DNA of 64,000 nucleotides from an uncultured delta proteobacterium. GTDB lineage: Bacteria; Myxococcota_A; Polyangia; Polyangiales; B10-G4. Below are positions 20,025-29,346 of the stretch, one piece after another (position 1 is the first letter of the stretch; every line of letters starts with the position of its first letter). The translations under genes were made by a program, and so were the position numbers. Under the pieces are notes generated by a model that saw only the letters and a program-made list of their open reading frames with translations, was not told the origin of the DNA and did not search any database. The DNA lies in NCBI GenBank assembly GCA_963727445.1, contig CAVSGI010000009.1, forward strand, positions 672,001 through 736,000, written 5' to 3'.

Positions 20025-22364
20025 ATGCACGCGTACGCCCTGAGGTTTGCCTTGGCCTGCCTGCTTGGTCTGGTGGCCCCGGCAACGGCCTTCGCCCAAG
20101 ACGGCTTCGACGACGAGTTCGGGGATGAATTCGGCGACGATACCGGCGATGCGGGCGGTGGTACCGCCGACGGTGGCGATACCGGCGGAGGCGGCGACGA
20201 CTTCGGCGACGACTTCGGTGACGATTTCGGCGACGACGGTGGTGGCGGTGGCGCTGACCAGAACGCCCAGAACGCCGGCGACGACGGATTCGGTGACGAC
20301 TTCGGCGACGAAGACGAGAGCGCTGGCAACGAAGAAGAGGAAGAGCAGACCGGGCCCCGCGACGAGGAGGAGCTGCGCAATCAGCGCCTGCGGATGCACT
20401 CCACCCTTCAGGGAGCGGTCGGCGGTATCCACGTCGTGGACGCGAGCCCGGGTGCGGCTCAAGCGTTCCGCGTCGCCCTGACCACCGACTTCTTCTTCGC
20501 CGGCGACTACCTCAACGTCGGCGACCAGAACGACCACATCGGTGGCTATCTGACGCTCAGCTGGACGGTTCACGACTACGTCGAGCTCTTCGCCTCGATC
20601 ATCAGCTACGCGAACTCGAACAACACCGAGGATCCGGCGCTCTTCCAGGTGCTGGGCGACACGCTCCTCGGCGTGAAGTTCGGCTACGACGTCTCGCCGA
20701 TCTTCACCGTCGGTGGTGATTTGAGCGTCGCCTTCCTCAACACGGTGGGCGACATCGGCCTGGTCTTCGGCAGCACCAGCGTCGGCATCCGCGGTAACGC
20801 CACCATGGACCTTCGCGGGTTGGACAATCCCGTCCCCTTCATCACCCGCCTGAACCTCCAGTACTACTTCGACAACTCGGCCAACCTCGTGTCCGACGTC
20901 GAGCAGGCGCGTTACGACGCCCTCACCGACCCGCGCGACGTGATGTTCGAGGATCGCAACCTGATCACCCGGGTGGAGCGCTTCGCGCTGAACATCAACC
21001 GGACCGACTTCTTCAAGATCGGCCTGGGCATGGAAGCGCCGCTCATGGTGATGGAGGACTTCTTCATCAACCCCATCCTGGAGTGGACCTGGTGGATCCC
21101 GGTCAACCGGCAGGGATACGACTGTCTCTTCGTTCCGGGCTCGCCTGGGAGCGACCGGCCGGCCGAAGGGCAGGACGGCTGCCTCGACAAGACCGGCGCG
21201 GCCGCCTTCCCGATGGACCTCACCCTCGGCGTGCGCGTGCTGCCCCCGGTCGCCGGTCTCGGCTTCCTGCTCGGCGTCGACGTCGGGCTGACGGGCACGA
21301 GCATCCAGAACGCGGTGCGCGAGCTCGCCCAGAACCGTCCTTACAACGTGATGCTGGGGCTCACCTACGCCTACGACGTGGCCGAGCCGCCGGTGCCCGA
21401 GCCGGTGATCCAGGAGGTGGAGCGCCGCGTCGAGGTTCGCGTGCCGCCGCCCCCGAAGGGCCGCATCAACGGCATCGTCGTGGAGCAGGGCCCTGGCACG
21501 CCGGTCGCGGGCGCCATCGTGCGCTTCCCCGGCACGGACTACTCGCCCATCGTGACGAGCGACGACGGCCGCTTCACCAGCTACGCCTTCGATCCGGGCG
21601 ACGTCCCGATGGAGATCACCCACGAGGAGTACAACCCGGGTAGCTGTGTCGCGACCATCGCCGAGGAAGAGACCACCGACGTCGAGGTTCGCTGCGAGCT
21701 CGTCGCCCTCCCGCGTGTCGGCATCGTTCAGGGCCGCGTCGTGGGCGGTGAGGACGGCGCCGCGGTGGCGGCGACCGTCAACATCTCGGGTCCGGCGACG
21801 CGCAGCGTCACCGCCGACGCGGCGGGCAACTTCCGCGTGGATCAGCTGCCGCCCGGCACCTACCAGGCGCAGGTCGACGCCGAGGGTTACCTCATCAAGA
21901 CCCAGAGCTTCGACATCACCGCGCGTGAGACGACCAACATCCAGATCGATCTGGTCGAGCGCCCGCGGCGCTCCCTGGTCAACCTCCAGCGGCGTCAGAT
22001 CCGCATCCGCCGGCAGATCAACTTCGCGACCGACAGCGCGGACATCCTGCCGACCAGCGACCAGCTGATGACCGAGATCGCCGACGTCATCATCCGTAAC
22101 CCGGAGATCACCAAGATCGAGATCCAGGGTCACACCGACAACCGCGGCACCCCCGCCCACAACATGGACCTCTCCCAGCGCCGCGCGGACTCGGTGCGTC
22201 AGTGGCTCATCGACCACGGCGTCGACGGCGGCCGCCTCGAGGCCCGTGGCTACGGCCAGGACAACCCCCTCGTCCCGAACATCACCCCCGCCAACCGCGC
22301 TCGCAACCGCCGCGTCCAGTTCATGATTCAGGAACGCGCGGAAGCCGCCGACGGCGGCGAGTGA
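20025..22364 (+). CDS. OmpA-family outer-membrane protein (acidic N-terminus, barrel-like region, two carboxypeptidase-regulatory-like domains, OmpA C-terminal domain)
   Basis: Signal peptide, GDDF repeats, INFATDSADIL, IEIQGHTDNRG, NMDLSQRRADSV, RARNRRVQF. Confidence 0.93.
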   Translation: MHAYALRFALACLLGLVAPATAFAQDGFDDEFGDEFGDDTGDAGGGTADGGDTGGGGDDFGDDFGDDFGDDGGGGGADQNAQNAGDDGFGDDFGDEDESAGNEEEEEQTGPRDEEELRNQRLRMHSTLQGAVGGIHVVDASPGAAQAFRVALTTDFFFAGDYLNVGDQNDHIGGYLTLSWTVHDYVELFASIISYANSNNTEDPALFQVLGDTLLGVKFGYDVSPIFTVGGDLSVAFLNTVGDIGLVFGSTSVGIRGNATMDLRGLDNPVPFITRLNLQYYFDNSANLVSDVEQARYDALTDPRDVMFEDRNLITRVERFALNINRTDFFKIGLGMEAPLMVMEDFFINPILEWTWWIPVNRQGYDCLFVPGSPGSDRPAEGQDGCLDKTGAAAFPMDLTLGVRVLPPVAGLGFLLGVDVGLTGTSIQNAVRELAQNRPYNVMLGLTYAYDVAEPPVPEPVIQEVERRVEVRVPPPPKGRINGIVVEQGPGTPVAGAIVRFPGTDYSPIVTSDDGRFTSYAFDPGDVPMEITHEEYNPGSCVATIAEEETTDVEVRCELVALPRVGIVQGRVVGGEDGAAVAATVNISGPATRSVTADAAGNFRVDQLPPGTYQAQVDAEGYLIKTQSFDITARETTNIQIDLVERPRRSLVNLQRRQIRIRRQINFATDSADILPTSDQLMTEIADVIIRNPEITKIEIQGHTDNRGTPAHNMDLSQRRADSVRQWLIDHGVDGGRLEARGYGQDNPLVPNITPANRARNRRVQFMIQERAEAADGGE

Positions 22365-22540
22365 GCTGACGGCCATTCGTGAACGACCTCGTCCGGGCGG
22401 ATGCGCCCGGGCGGGGCGTGGTGCCTTCCACGGTCTCGGGTTTGCCTGTCTGGGAAACCCGCGGCTGAGGTGCCAGCCGAGGACGTCAGCGGCCGCGCAG
22501 CACCGCCTCTGAGCCGGCGCTTCGCCTGTGCGACGTCCAC

Positions 22541-23376
22541 GCGGACCGCTCTCGGGTCATCGCGCGATGGGCGGACTTCGGTGCGCGCGGGCGGACCGCT
22601 CTCGGGGTCATCGCGCGATGGGCGGGACTTCGGTGCGCGCGGGCGGACCGCTCTCGGGGTCATCGCGCGGGCGCGATGGGCGGGACTTCGGTGCGCGCGG
22701 GCGGACCGCTCTCAGGGTCATGGCGCGATGGGTCGGACTTCGGTCCGCGCGAGCGGACCGCTCTCGGGGTCATGGCGCGATGGGTGGGACTTCGGTGCGC
22801 GCGGGCGGACCGCTCTCGGGGTCATGGCGCGATGGGTCGGACTTCGGTGCGCGCGAGCGGACCGCTCTCGGGGTCATGGCGCGATGGGCGGGACTTCGGT
22901 GCGCGCGGGCGGACCGCTCTCGGGGTCATCGCGCGATGGGTCGGACTTCGGTCCGCGCGGGCGGACCGCTCTTGGGGTCATCGCCCGATGGGTCGGACTT
23001 CGGTGCGCGCGGGCGGACCGCTCTCGGGGTCATGGCGCGATGGGCGGGACTTCGGTGCGCGCGGGCGGACCGCTCTCAGGGTCATGGCGCGATGGGCGGG
23101 ACTTCGGTGCGCGCGAGCGGGCGGACCGCTCTCGGGGTCATGGCGCGATGGGCGGGACTTCGGTGCGCGCGGGCGGACCGCTCTCAGGGTCATGGCGCGA
23201 TGGGCGGGACTTCGGTGCGCGCGAGCGGACCGCTCTCGGGGTCATGGCGCGATGGGTCGCACTTCGGTCCGCGCGAGCGGACCGCTCTCAGGGTCATCGC
23301 GCGATGGGCGGGACTTCGGTGCGCGCGAGCGGACCGCCTCTTGGGGTCATCGCGCGATGGGTCGGACTTCGGTCCG
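22541..23376. repeat. Tandem array A: 16 copies of a 52-bp unit
   Basis: Consensus GCGGACCGCTCTCGGGGTCATSGCGCGATGGGYSGGACTTCGGTSCGCGCGR; units start at 22541, 22591, 22643, 22701, 22753, 22805, 22857, 22909, 22961, 23013, 23065, 23121, 23173, 23225, 23277, 23329. Confidence 0.95.
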
Positions 23377-23470
23377 TCACCGGGCTCGTTGCGCGGGCGC
23401 GCCAGCGTCCAGGCGCGGAGCGCCGCCCCAGAGGCCGCACAGTGGCCGCGGCCCGAAACGCATTCCTCCG

Positions 23471-23892
23471 CCGAAGCCCGTCAAGACGGACAGGACGCGT
23501 CGGGCGGTGAGTCGCCTCGGGCGAGCGGTCCGTCCGGACGGACAGAACGCGGCGGGCGGTGAGTCGCGTCGGACGAGTGGTCCGTCCGGACGGACGGGAC
23601 GCGCCGGGCGGGCGGTCGCATTGGGCGAGCGGTCCGTCAAGACGGACACGACGCGTTGGGCGGGCGGTCGCCTCGGGCGAGCGGTTCGTCGGGACGGACA
23701 GGATGCGTTGGGCGGGCGGTCGGGTCGGGCGAGCGGTCCGCCGGGACGGGACAGGACGCGTCGGGCGGTGAGTCGCGTCGGACGAGCGGTCCGTCAAAAG
23801 GGACGGGACGCGTTGGGCGGGCGGTCGCCTCGGGCGAGCGGTCCGTCGGGACGGACAGGACGCGGCGGGCGAGCGGTCGCCTCGCATGAGCG
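23471..23892. repeat. Tandem array B: about 8 copies of a different 52-bp unit
   Basis: Consensus ~GAGCGGTCCGTCGGGACGGACAGGACGCGTTGGGCGGGCGGTCGCCTCGGGC; units start at 23471, 23523, 23575, 23627, 23679, 23731, 23784, 23836. Confidence 0.93.
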
Positions 23893-23910
23893 CTCGCCAA
23901 GATCCAGCCA

Positions 23911-24720
23911 CCGCTCCCCGCTCCGCGCATCGCGCACCGCTCATCGCGCTCCCCGCACCGCGCTCCCCGCTCCGCGCATCGCGCACCGCGCATCGCGCTC
24001 CCCGCATCGCGCATCGCGCTCCGCGCATCGCGCATCGCGCTCCGCGCATCGCGCTCCCCGCTCCCCGCACCGCGCTCCCCGCTCCGCGCATCGCGCACCG
24101 CTCATCGCGCTCCCCGCACCGCGCTCCCCGCTCCGCGCATCGCGCACCGCGCATCGCGCTCCCCGCATCGCGCATCGCGCTCCGCGCATCGCGCATCGCG
24201 CTCCGCGCATCGCGCTCCCCGCTCCCCGCACCGCGCTCCCCGCTCCGCGCATCGCGCACCGCGCATCGCGCTCCCCGCACCGCGCATCGCGCATCGCGCT
24301 CCGCGCATCGCGCTCCGCGCATCGCGCTCCGCGCATCGCGCTCCCCCCCCCCGCTCCCCGCTCCGCGCATCGCGCACCGCGCATCGCGCTCCGCGCATCG
24401 CGCACCGCGCATCGCGCATCGCGCACCCCGCATCGCGCACCGCGCATCGCGCTCCGCGCACCGCGCTCCCCGCATCGCGCACCGCGCATCGCGCTCCCCG
24501 CACCGCGCTCCGCGCATCGCGCACCGCGCATCGCGCTCCGCGCTCCCCGCATCGCGCTCCCCGCTCCCCGCTCCCCGCATCGCGCATCGCGCTCCGCGCA
24601 TCGCGCTCCGCGCATCGCGCACCCCGCACCGCGCTCCCCGCATCGCGCATCGCGCTCCCCGCTCCCCGCATCGCGCTCCGCGCATCGCGCACCGCGCATC
24701 GCGCACCGCGCATCGCGCTC
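23911..24720. repeat. Heptamer array C[G/C]CGC(AT/AC/TC), about 115 units, with a 161-bp higher-order duplication
   Basis: Units CGCGCAT, CGCGCAC, CGCGCTC, CCCGCAT, CCCGCAC, CCCGCTC; the rare variant CGCTCAT recurs 161 bp apart (TCATC at 23941 and 24102). Confidence 0.95.
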
Positions 24721-24721
24721 G

Positions 24722-25602
24722 TCAGCGCCGGCGGCGGGCGACGAGGCCGACAAGCACGAGCAAGATGGCTGCCCATCCGAAGGGCGAGCTCTCGCGGAAT
24801 CCCCGACAGCGCAGCAGCCACCGCCGCCACCGCCACCACACTCGCCGCTGAAGCCGCCGCGCTCTTCGTAGTCGCACGCGGCGGTGAGGGAGCCGGGTGG
24901 GTAGATGCTGCAGATGCCGGTGATGTCGTCGGTGCGGAGGATGCGCTTGTCGACGTCGCCGGGGTTGGCCATCCACCACATGGTCGAGACGGGGTTGTCG
25001 CTGTGGGCCATGGTGAAGAAATGGCCGACCTCGTGGGTCAGGACGTTGGCGAGATCGATGCGGCCGTCGTCGCAGCCGGTGCTGGGGGCGCACTCGGCGT
25101 AGGTGCCGATCGCCTGGTTGATCTCGATGTCCGCGTCGTAGACTTCGCCGGTGCTGCGGTTGTGCCAGACCGTGGTGAGCGCGAAGGCGCGCGGGTCGTG
25201 CATGGACCGAGAGGCCCAGTCGTCGACGAAGGTGACGACGTTCACGTTGCCCGCGCCGCTGTTGTACTCGGCCTTGTCGCAGGCGACGCGCTCGTCGCGC
25301 CGCCGGAGCATGAAATCGAGGGGCTGCCCGTCGCACCGGACGTCCATCCAGGTCTGAAAGGACGATTCGATGATGCGGAGCGCCGTGGCGTCGTCGAAAT
25401 CCCGCGCCCCGTCGCGCTGGACCGAGTACTGGATGCACGGGCGCGTCCAGATCAGCGGCGTGTTCACGGTGTCGCACTCGTCGGGCGCGAACGATCCGGT
25501 CGCGGCGGTGGTCATGCGACACCAGGCGCGGGCATCCGCCGGCGCCCCCAGTAACGCTGCGCTCAGGACCACCGACAGAACCAGGCCGAGGCTATCGCGC
25601 AC
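24722..25602 (-). CDS. Matrixin (M10) metalloprotease with MYXO-CTERM-like sorting signal; frameshift near 24800
   Basis: Signal peptide, HEVGHFFTMAHS zinc motif, Met-turn (STMW), GGGGGGCC linker. A 1-nt shift gives the C-terminus SSPFGWAAILLVLVGLVARRRR-stop at 24722. Confidence 0.85.
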
Positions 25603-26203
25603 TTTGGCGTTCCACGGCCTGGCGGATTTCGTCCATCACGTCCGCGAGTGGACGAGCCCCGAGCAGATAGCCGGGCGCTGGCTCGAGCCGGCCTCCGGAT
25701 CCCCGCCGGACCAGCTGGAGCGCCTGGGTCGCCGGGTGCACGAGCTCCTGGCCGCCGTCGTCGAGTCGAACGCGAAGCACGCCCTGGCTCATTCCCGTCG
25801 GCCGGAGGTCCGGCCCGACCCGCTCGGCGAAGACCACCGCCCGCTCCCCTTCGGTGAAGGTGGGCTCGCCCTCGACCCGCATACCGATGTCACCGACCTC
25901 GCCGCCGAGGCGACGCACCACGATGTCGTCTCCGCGGGCGGCGGAGCCCTTCATCACGTCCTCCACCCGGAGGGTGACGTCGGTGACGATCTGACGCTGC
26001 GCGTTGTAGTGCGAGTGCCGTTCGATGACCGTCCCCAGGACGACCACCTCGGAGGCGTCGATGAGCTCGTCCAGATCGAGGGCGAGGGTGATCGATGCCG
26101 CTGCCGGCGCCGCGACCCCAAAGAGCGCTACCACCAAAAGGAGGCGGGCGAGGCGACGACCAAGCACCTGTCCAGGATGACGAGCGGCCCCCAGCCCCGT
26201 CAA
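25592..26203 (-). CDS. Secreted matrixin-associated protein (possible OB/NTR-TIMP-like fold)
   Basis: Signal peptide, LDELIDASEVVVLGTV...VTLRVEDVMKG...PTFTEGERAVVF; overlaps the matrixin start. Confidence 0.75.
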   Translation of the reverse strand: MTGLGAARHPGQVLGRRLARLLLVVALFGVAAPAAASITLALDLDELIDASEVVVLGTVIERHSHYNAQRQIVTDVTLRVEDVMKGSAARGDDIVVRRLGGEVGDIGMRVEGEPTFTEGERAVVFAERVGPDLRPTGMSQGVLRVRLDDGGQELVHPATQALQLVRRGSGGRLEPAPGYLLGARPLADVMDEIRQAVERQSAR

Positions 26204-26392
26204 CCAGAACCGCCCTTAAACGCCCGCCACAGCGAAGCTTCGCACAAAGGAGGCGCCCGCCCGGGACCCCCTTTCCCTCGGCCGGCGGCTGGACGCCGGA
26301 ACGTACCCACTGCGTTTGGGCAGGTCCATTCTCCACGACTGGCCTCAGCCCGCCGTTGACAAGCTCCGGCCCACCTGAGATCCAACCGGGCC

Positions 26393-27319
26393 ATGCGATC
26401 GTTCTGGCTTCATTCGTCGGCCCTCGTGGCCTTCTGCCTTCTCTTCTGTGGAGGGTGTGACGTGGCGAAGTTCGCCGCCAACTCGACGGCCAACGTCTTC
26501 GAGCGCGCCGGGCCCGCTTTCAACCAGCACTGGGACTACGAGTTCGCCGGTGACGCTGCGCCCGCCAGCACGATGCAGCTCGAGGGGCTGCACCGCGTCG
26601 CTCCGGAGAACGAGACCATCCTCCTCGCGGGTGCCCGCGCCTACATGGGCTACACCTTCGGCTGGATCGAAGACGACCTCATGCGCGTCGATCCGATGGA
26701 CATGGACGAGGAGGAGCGCCTGCAGCGCCGCGCAAAGTGGATGTACCTTCGCGCTCGCTACTTCGCGCTCCGGCTCCTGAAGCAGCGCCACGACGGCTTC
26801 GACGAGGCGTACGACGGCGGCCTCGACGAGTTCAAGCGCTGGCTCCAGGAGGAGTTCGACGATCCGGAAGACGCGGAGGAGCTCTTCTGGCTCGGCTACA
26901 CCTGGGCCTCCGCCATCAACGTTTCCCGTACCGATCCGGACATGATCGCCGACCTCGCCTTCACCCGCGCTCTCATCGAGCGCGAGGTGGAGCTCAATCC
27001 CAGCTACTTCAACGCGGGCGGCATCACCTTCCTCGGCGTGATCAACTCCAGCTTCGGCGAATCCTTCGGCGGCCATCCCGAAGAAGGCCGCGAGTTCTTC
27101 GAGGAGGCCCTGAGGCTGACCGAGCGGAAGTTCCTCCTCATCCAGTACAACTACGCCCGCACCTACGCGGTCCAGACCAACAACCGCGAGCTCTTCGACG
27201 AGCTGGTGAACGAGATCCTGACCGCCGGCGACATCAGCAACGACAACCGGATGCCCAACAAGATCGCCGTGCGGCGGACCCGATGGCTCAGGGACCACGC
27301 CGACGACCTCTTCTACTGA
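26393..27319 (+). CDS. TRAP transporter TatT (TPAT T-component) lipoprotein
   Basis: Lipobox CGGC, DYEFAGDAAPASTMQLEGL, LFWLGYTWASAI, FGGHPEEGREFFEEAL, NKIAVRR; upstream of dctPQM. Confidence 0.85.
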   Translation: MRSFWLHSSALVAFCLLFCGGCDVAKFAANSTANVFERAGPAFNQHWDYEFAGDAAPASTMQLEGLHRVAPENETILLAGARAYMGYTFGWIEDDLMRVDPMDMDEEERLQRRAKWMYLRARYFALRLLKQRHDGFDEAYDGGLDEFKRWLQEEFDDPEDAEELFWLGYTWASAINVSRTDPDMIADLAFTRALIEREVELNPSYFNAGGITFLGVINSSFGESFGGHPEEGREFFEEALRLTERKFLLIQYNYARTYAVQTNNRELFDELVNEILTAGDISNDNRMPNKIAVRRTRWLRDHADDLFY

Positions 27320-27500
27320 ATCGACCGAGGCCAGGCCCCTCCGCCTTTGGCCGATCCGGGCTCTCGAAATCAGGGCAATTTCCGTCCTTCTCAGCGCGTT
27401 CTGTCCGTGTTTGAATCTTCGACTCGCGCGGCCGTCCATGGCCAATACTGGGGGCCCTGCGCCGGCCCCCCCGGCCTCAGGCCACACGGGAGAGTTCCGA

Positions 27501-28505
27501 ATGAAGCGCCGAATTTTCGTAGCCATCCTCTTCGCTGCCCTGATGGGCCTCGCCGTGGTGGGGACGGGGCCTGAGGCGGCCGACGCCCAGGAGACCATCA
27601 CCCTCCGCATCGCCACCCTCGCCCCCCGCGGCTCCCCCTGGGACCGCGCCTTCCGGGCGTGGGGCAACACCCTGACCCAGCAGACGAACAACCGCCTGCG
27701 CCTCCACTTCTACGTGGGCGGCTCCCAGGGTGACGAGCGCGACTACATCCGCAAGATGGAGTCGGGTCAGCTCGACGGCGCGGCCATCACCACCACCGGC
27801 CTCGGGCAGATCGTCCGGCCGGTGCTCGTGCTCTCGGCGCCCGGGCTCTTCACCGAGTACAGCAAGATCGACCGGGCGCGCAGCGCCATGAGCGACGAGC
27901 TCAACCAGGAGTTCGAGAGCGCCGGCTACAAGTTCATGGGCTGGGGCGACGTCGGTCGCGCCCGCTTCTTCTCGAACCGCCCGGTGCGGACCCCCGCCGA
28001 CCTCAGGCAGACCCGTCCCTGGGCGCGCCCCGACGATCCCATCGTGAATCAGCTCTACGCCACCATCGGCGTGAGCCCCCAGCGCCTCGGCGTGAACGAG
28101 CTCCTGCCGGGCCTTCAGACGGGCCGCGTGGACGCCTTCCCGGCGCCGGCTCTGGCCGCGGTGAGCCTTCAGTGGTTCCAGCACGCGACCCACGTCACCG
28201 CCGAGGCCAACTCGGTCGTGATCGGCGCCACCGTCATCAAGAAGGAGAAGTTCGACGCGCTCCCCGAGGACCTGCAGACGGCGCTGATGGACACCTCCGG
28301 CCGCGCCCACGCGGCGCTCCTGCGCAGCATCCGCCGCGCCGACGATCGCGCCTACACCGCGATCACCAGCCGAAACGTCACCCCGGTGGACATCTCCGGC
28401 GCTCGGGCCGAGTGGGACCGCATCGGCCAGCAGACCCGCCAGCGCCTCGCCGGCCGCCTCTACAGTGCGGAGCAGCTGAGGCGCGCTGAGCGCTTGGCGA
28501 GATAG
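27501..28505 (+). CDS. dctP: TRAP transporter substrate-binding protein
   Basis: LRIATLAPRGSPW, GGSQGDE, GQLDGA, LPGLQTGRVD, FDALPEDLQ. Confidence 0.93.
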   Translation: MKRRIFVAILFAALMGLAVVGTGPEAADAQETITLRIATLAPRGSPWDRAFRAWGNTLTQQTNNRLRLHFYVGGSQGDERDYIRKMESGQLDGAAITTTGLGQIVRPVLVLSAPGLFTEYSKIDRARSAMSDELNQEFESAGYKFMGWGDVGRARFFSNRPVRTPADLRQTRPWARPDDPIVNQLYATIGVSPQRLGVNELLPGLQTGRVDAFPAPALAAVSLQWFQHATHVTAEANSVVIGATVIKKEKFDALPEDLQTALMDTSGRAHAALLRSIRRADDRAYTAITSRNVTPVDISGARAEWDRIGQQTRQRLAGRLYSAEQLRRAERLAR

Positions 28506-28525
28506 CCGAACGCCGAAGCGCGTGG

Positions 28526-28556
28526 ACGGCCGGGGCCCTCGGGCTTCGGCCGTTTT
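28526..28556 (+). terminator. Intrinsic terminator/stabilising hairpin between dctP and dctQ
   Basis: ACGGCCGGGGCC-ctcg-GGCTTCGGCCGT followed by TTT. Confidence 0.65.
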
Positions 28557-28626
28557 GCATTTCTGAGCGAAAAAACCCTACCGAAACGTCGCCAGACGAG
28601 GGCTCGTTGGTCTAATCTCGCCCTCC

Positions 28627-29346
28627 GTGGAGGCGCTGACCAGCAGGCTCAAGCAGGTCGACGATGGGATCGCGCGTGGGGAGGGGGCCCTGGCGGCTTT
28701 CATCCTCGTCGTCATGATCTTCCTCGCCGCGACCCAGGCGCTTCTCTACAACCTGGCGAGTCGCGCCGAGCTCGAATTCGCGCAGAACGCGCTTCTGCAC
28801 CTCGAGTGGATCGACGCCTTCCTCCAGAAGGGGACCCTCTGGCTGGCCTTCCTCGGCGCCTCCCTCGCGACGCACAAGGATCAGCACATCGGCATCGACG
28901 TGCTCCATCGCGTTCTCGGGGGCCGCGCCCGGCATGCGATGAAGGCGCTCGTCACCCTGGCGTCGACCGTCACCTGCTTCTTCCTGGCCCGCGTCTTCTT
29001 CGCGTCGGCGCTCGCGGCACAGGAGCGGCCCCTCGAGTACGAGCTCCTCGGAGACGAGGGCCCGATCCACATCTGTGAAGGCTCCGCGCAGCTCATCAGC
29101 GACTCGGGCCTCACGCGCCCCGACCTCTTCTGCGGTCTGCGCGATTTCCTGACCCAGGTCGGCGCGCCGGTGGAGACGCCGGTGGGGGCGCTCCAGTTGA
29201 TCGTCCCCGCCATGTTCCTCTTCATGGCGGTGCGCTTCGCGGCCCGCTTCGTCACCGTCACGATCCACCTGGTCGAAGGACACGTCGACGACGAGACCGC
29301 AGGCCACAGCCTGCCTGGCATCGAAGAAGACGAGGAATCGGACTGA
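28627..29346 (+). CDS. dctQ: TRAP transporter small permease
   Basis: LWLAFLGASLATHKDQHIGIDVL; four TM helices with an enlarged two-Cys loop. Confidence 0.9.
   Translation: MEALTSRLKQVDDGIARGEGALAAFILVVMIFLAATQALLYNLASRAELEFAQNALLHLEWIDAFLQKGTLWLAFLGASLATHKDQHIGIDVLHRVLGGRARHAMKALVTLASTVTCFFLARVFFASALAAQERPLEYELLGDEGPIHICEGSAQLISDSGLTRPDLFCGLRDFLTQVGAPVETPVGALQLIVPAMFLFMAVRFAARFVTVTIHLVEGHVDDETAGHSLPGIEEDEESD

Noticed and set aside
19824..22376. Long antisense ORFs (e.g. 850 aa here; also 28881-30956 and 56969-58597)
   Set aside because: They are shadow ORFs caused by GC3 bias opposite well-supported genes and have no motifs of their own.
22541..23892. CRISPR array
   Set aside because: The units are contiguous near-identical repeats without unique spacers, and no cas genes are in the window.
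22401..24871. Long ORFs across the repeat block (731, 470, 369 aa etc.) and the (RGARCA)n tail on the matrixin
   Set aside because: They arise from stop-poor GC repeats that are open in several frames. A 1-nt shift near 24800 restores a normal TM + RRRR sorting signal ending at 24722.
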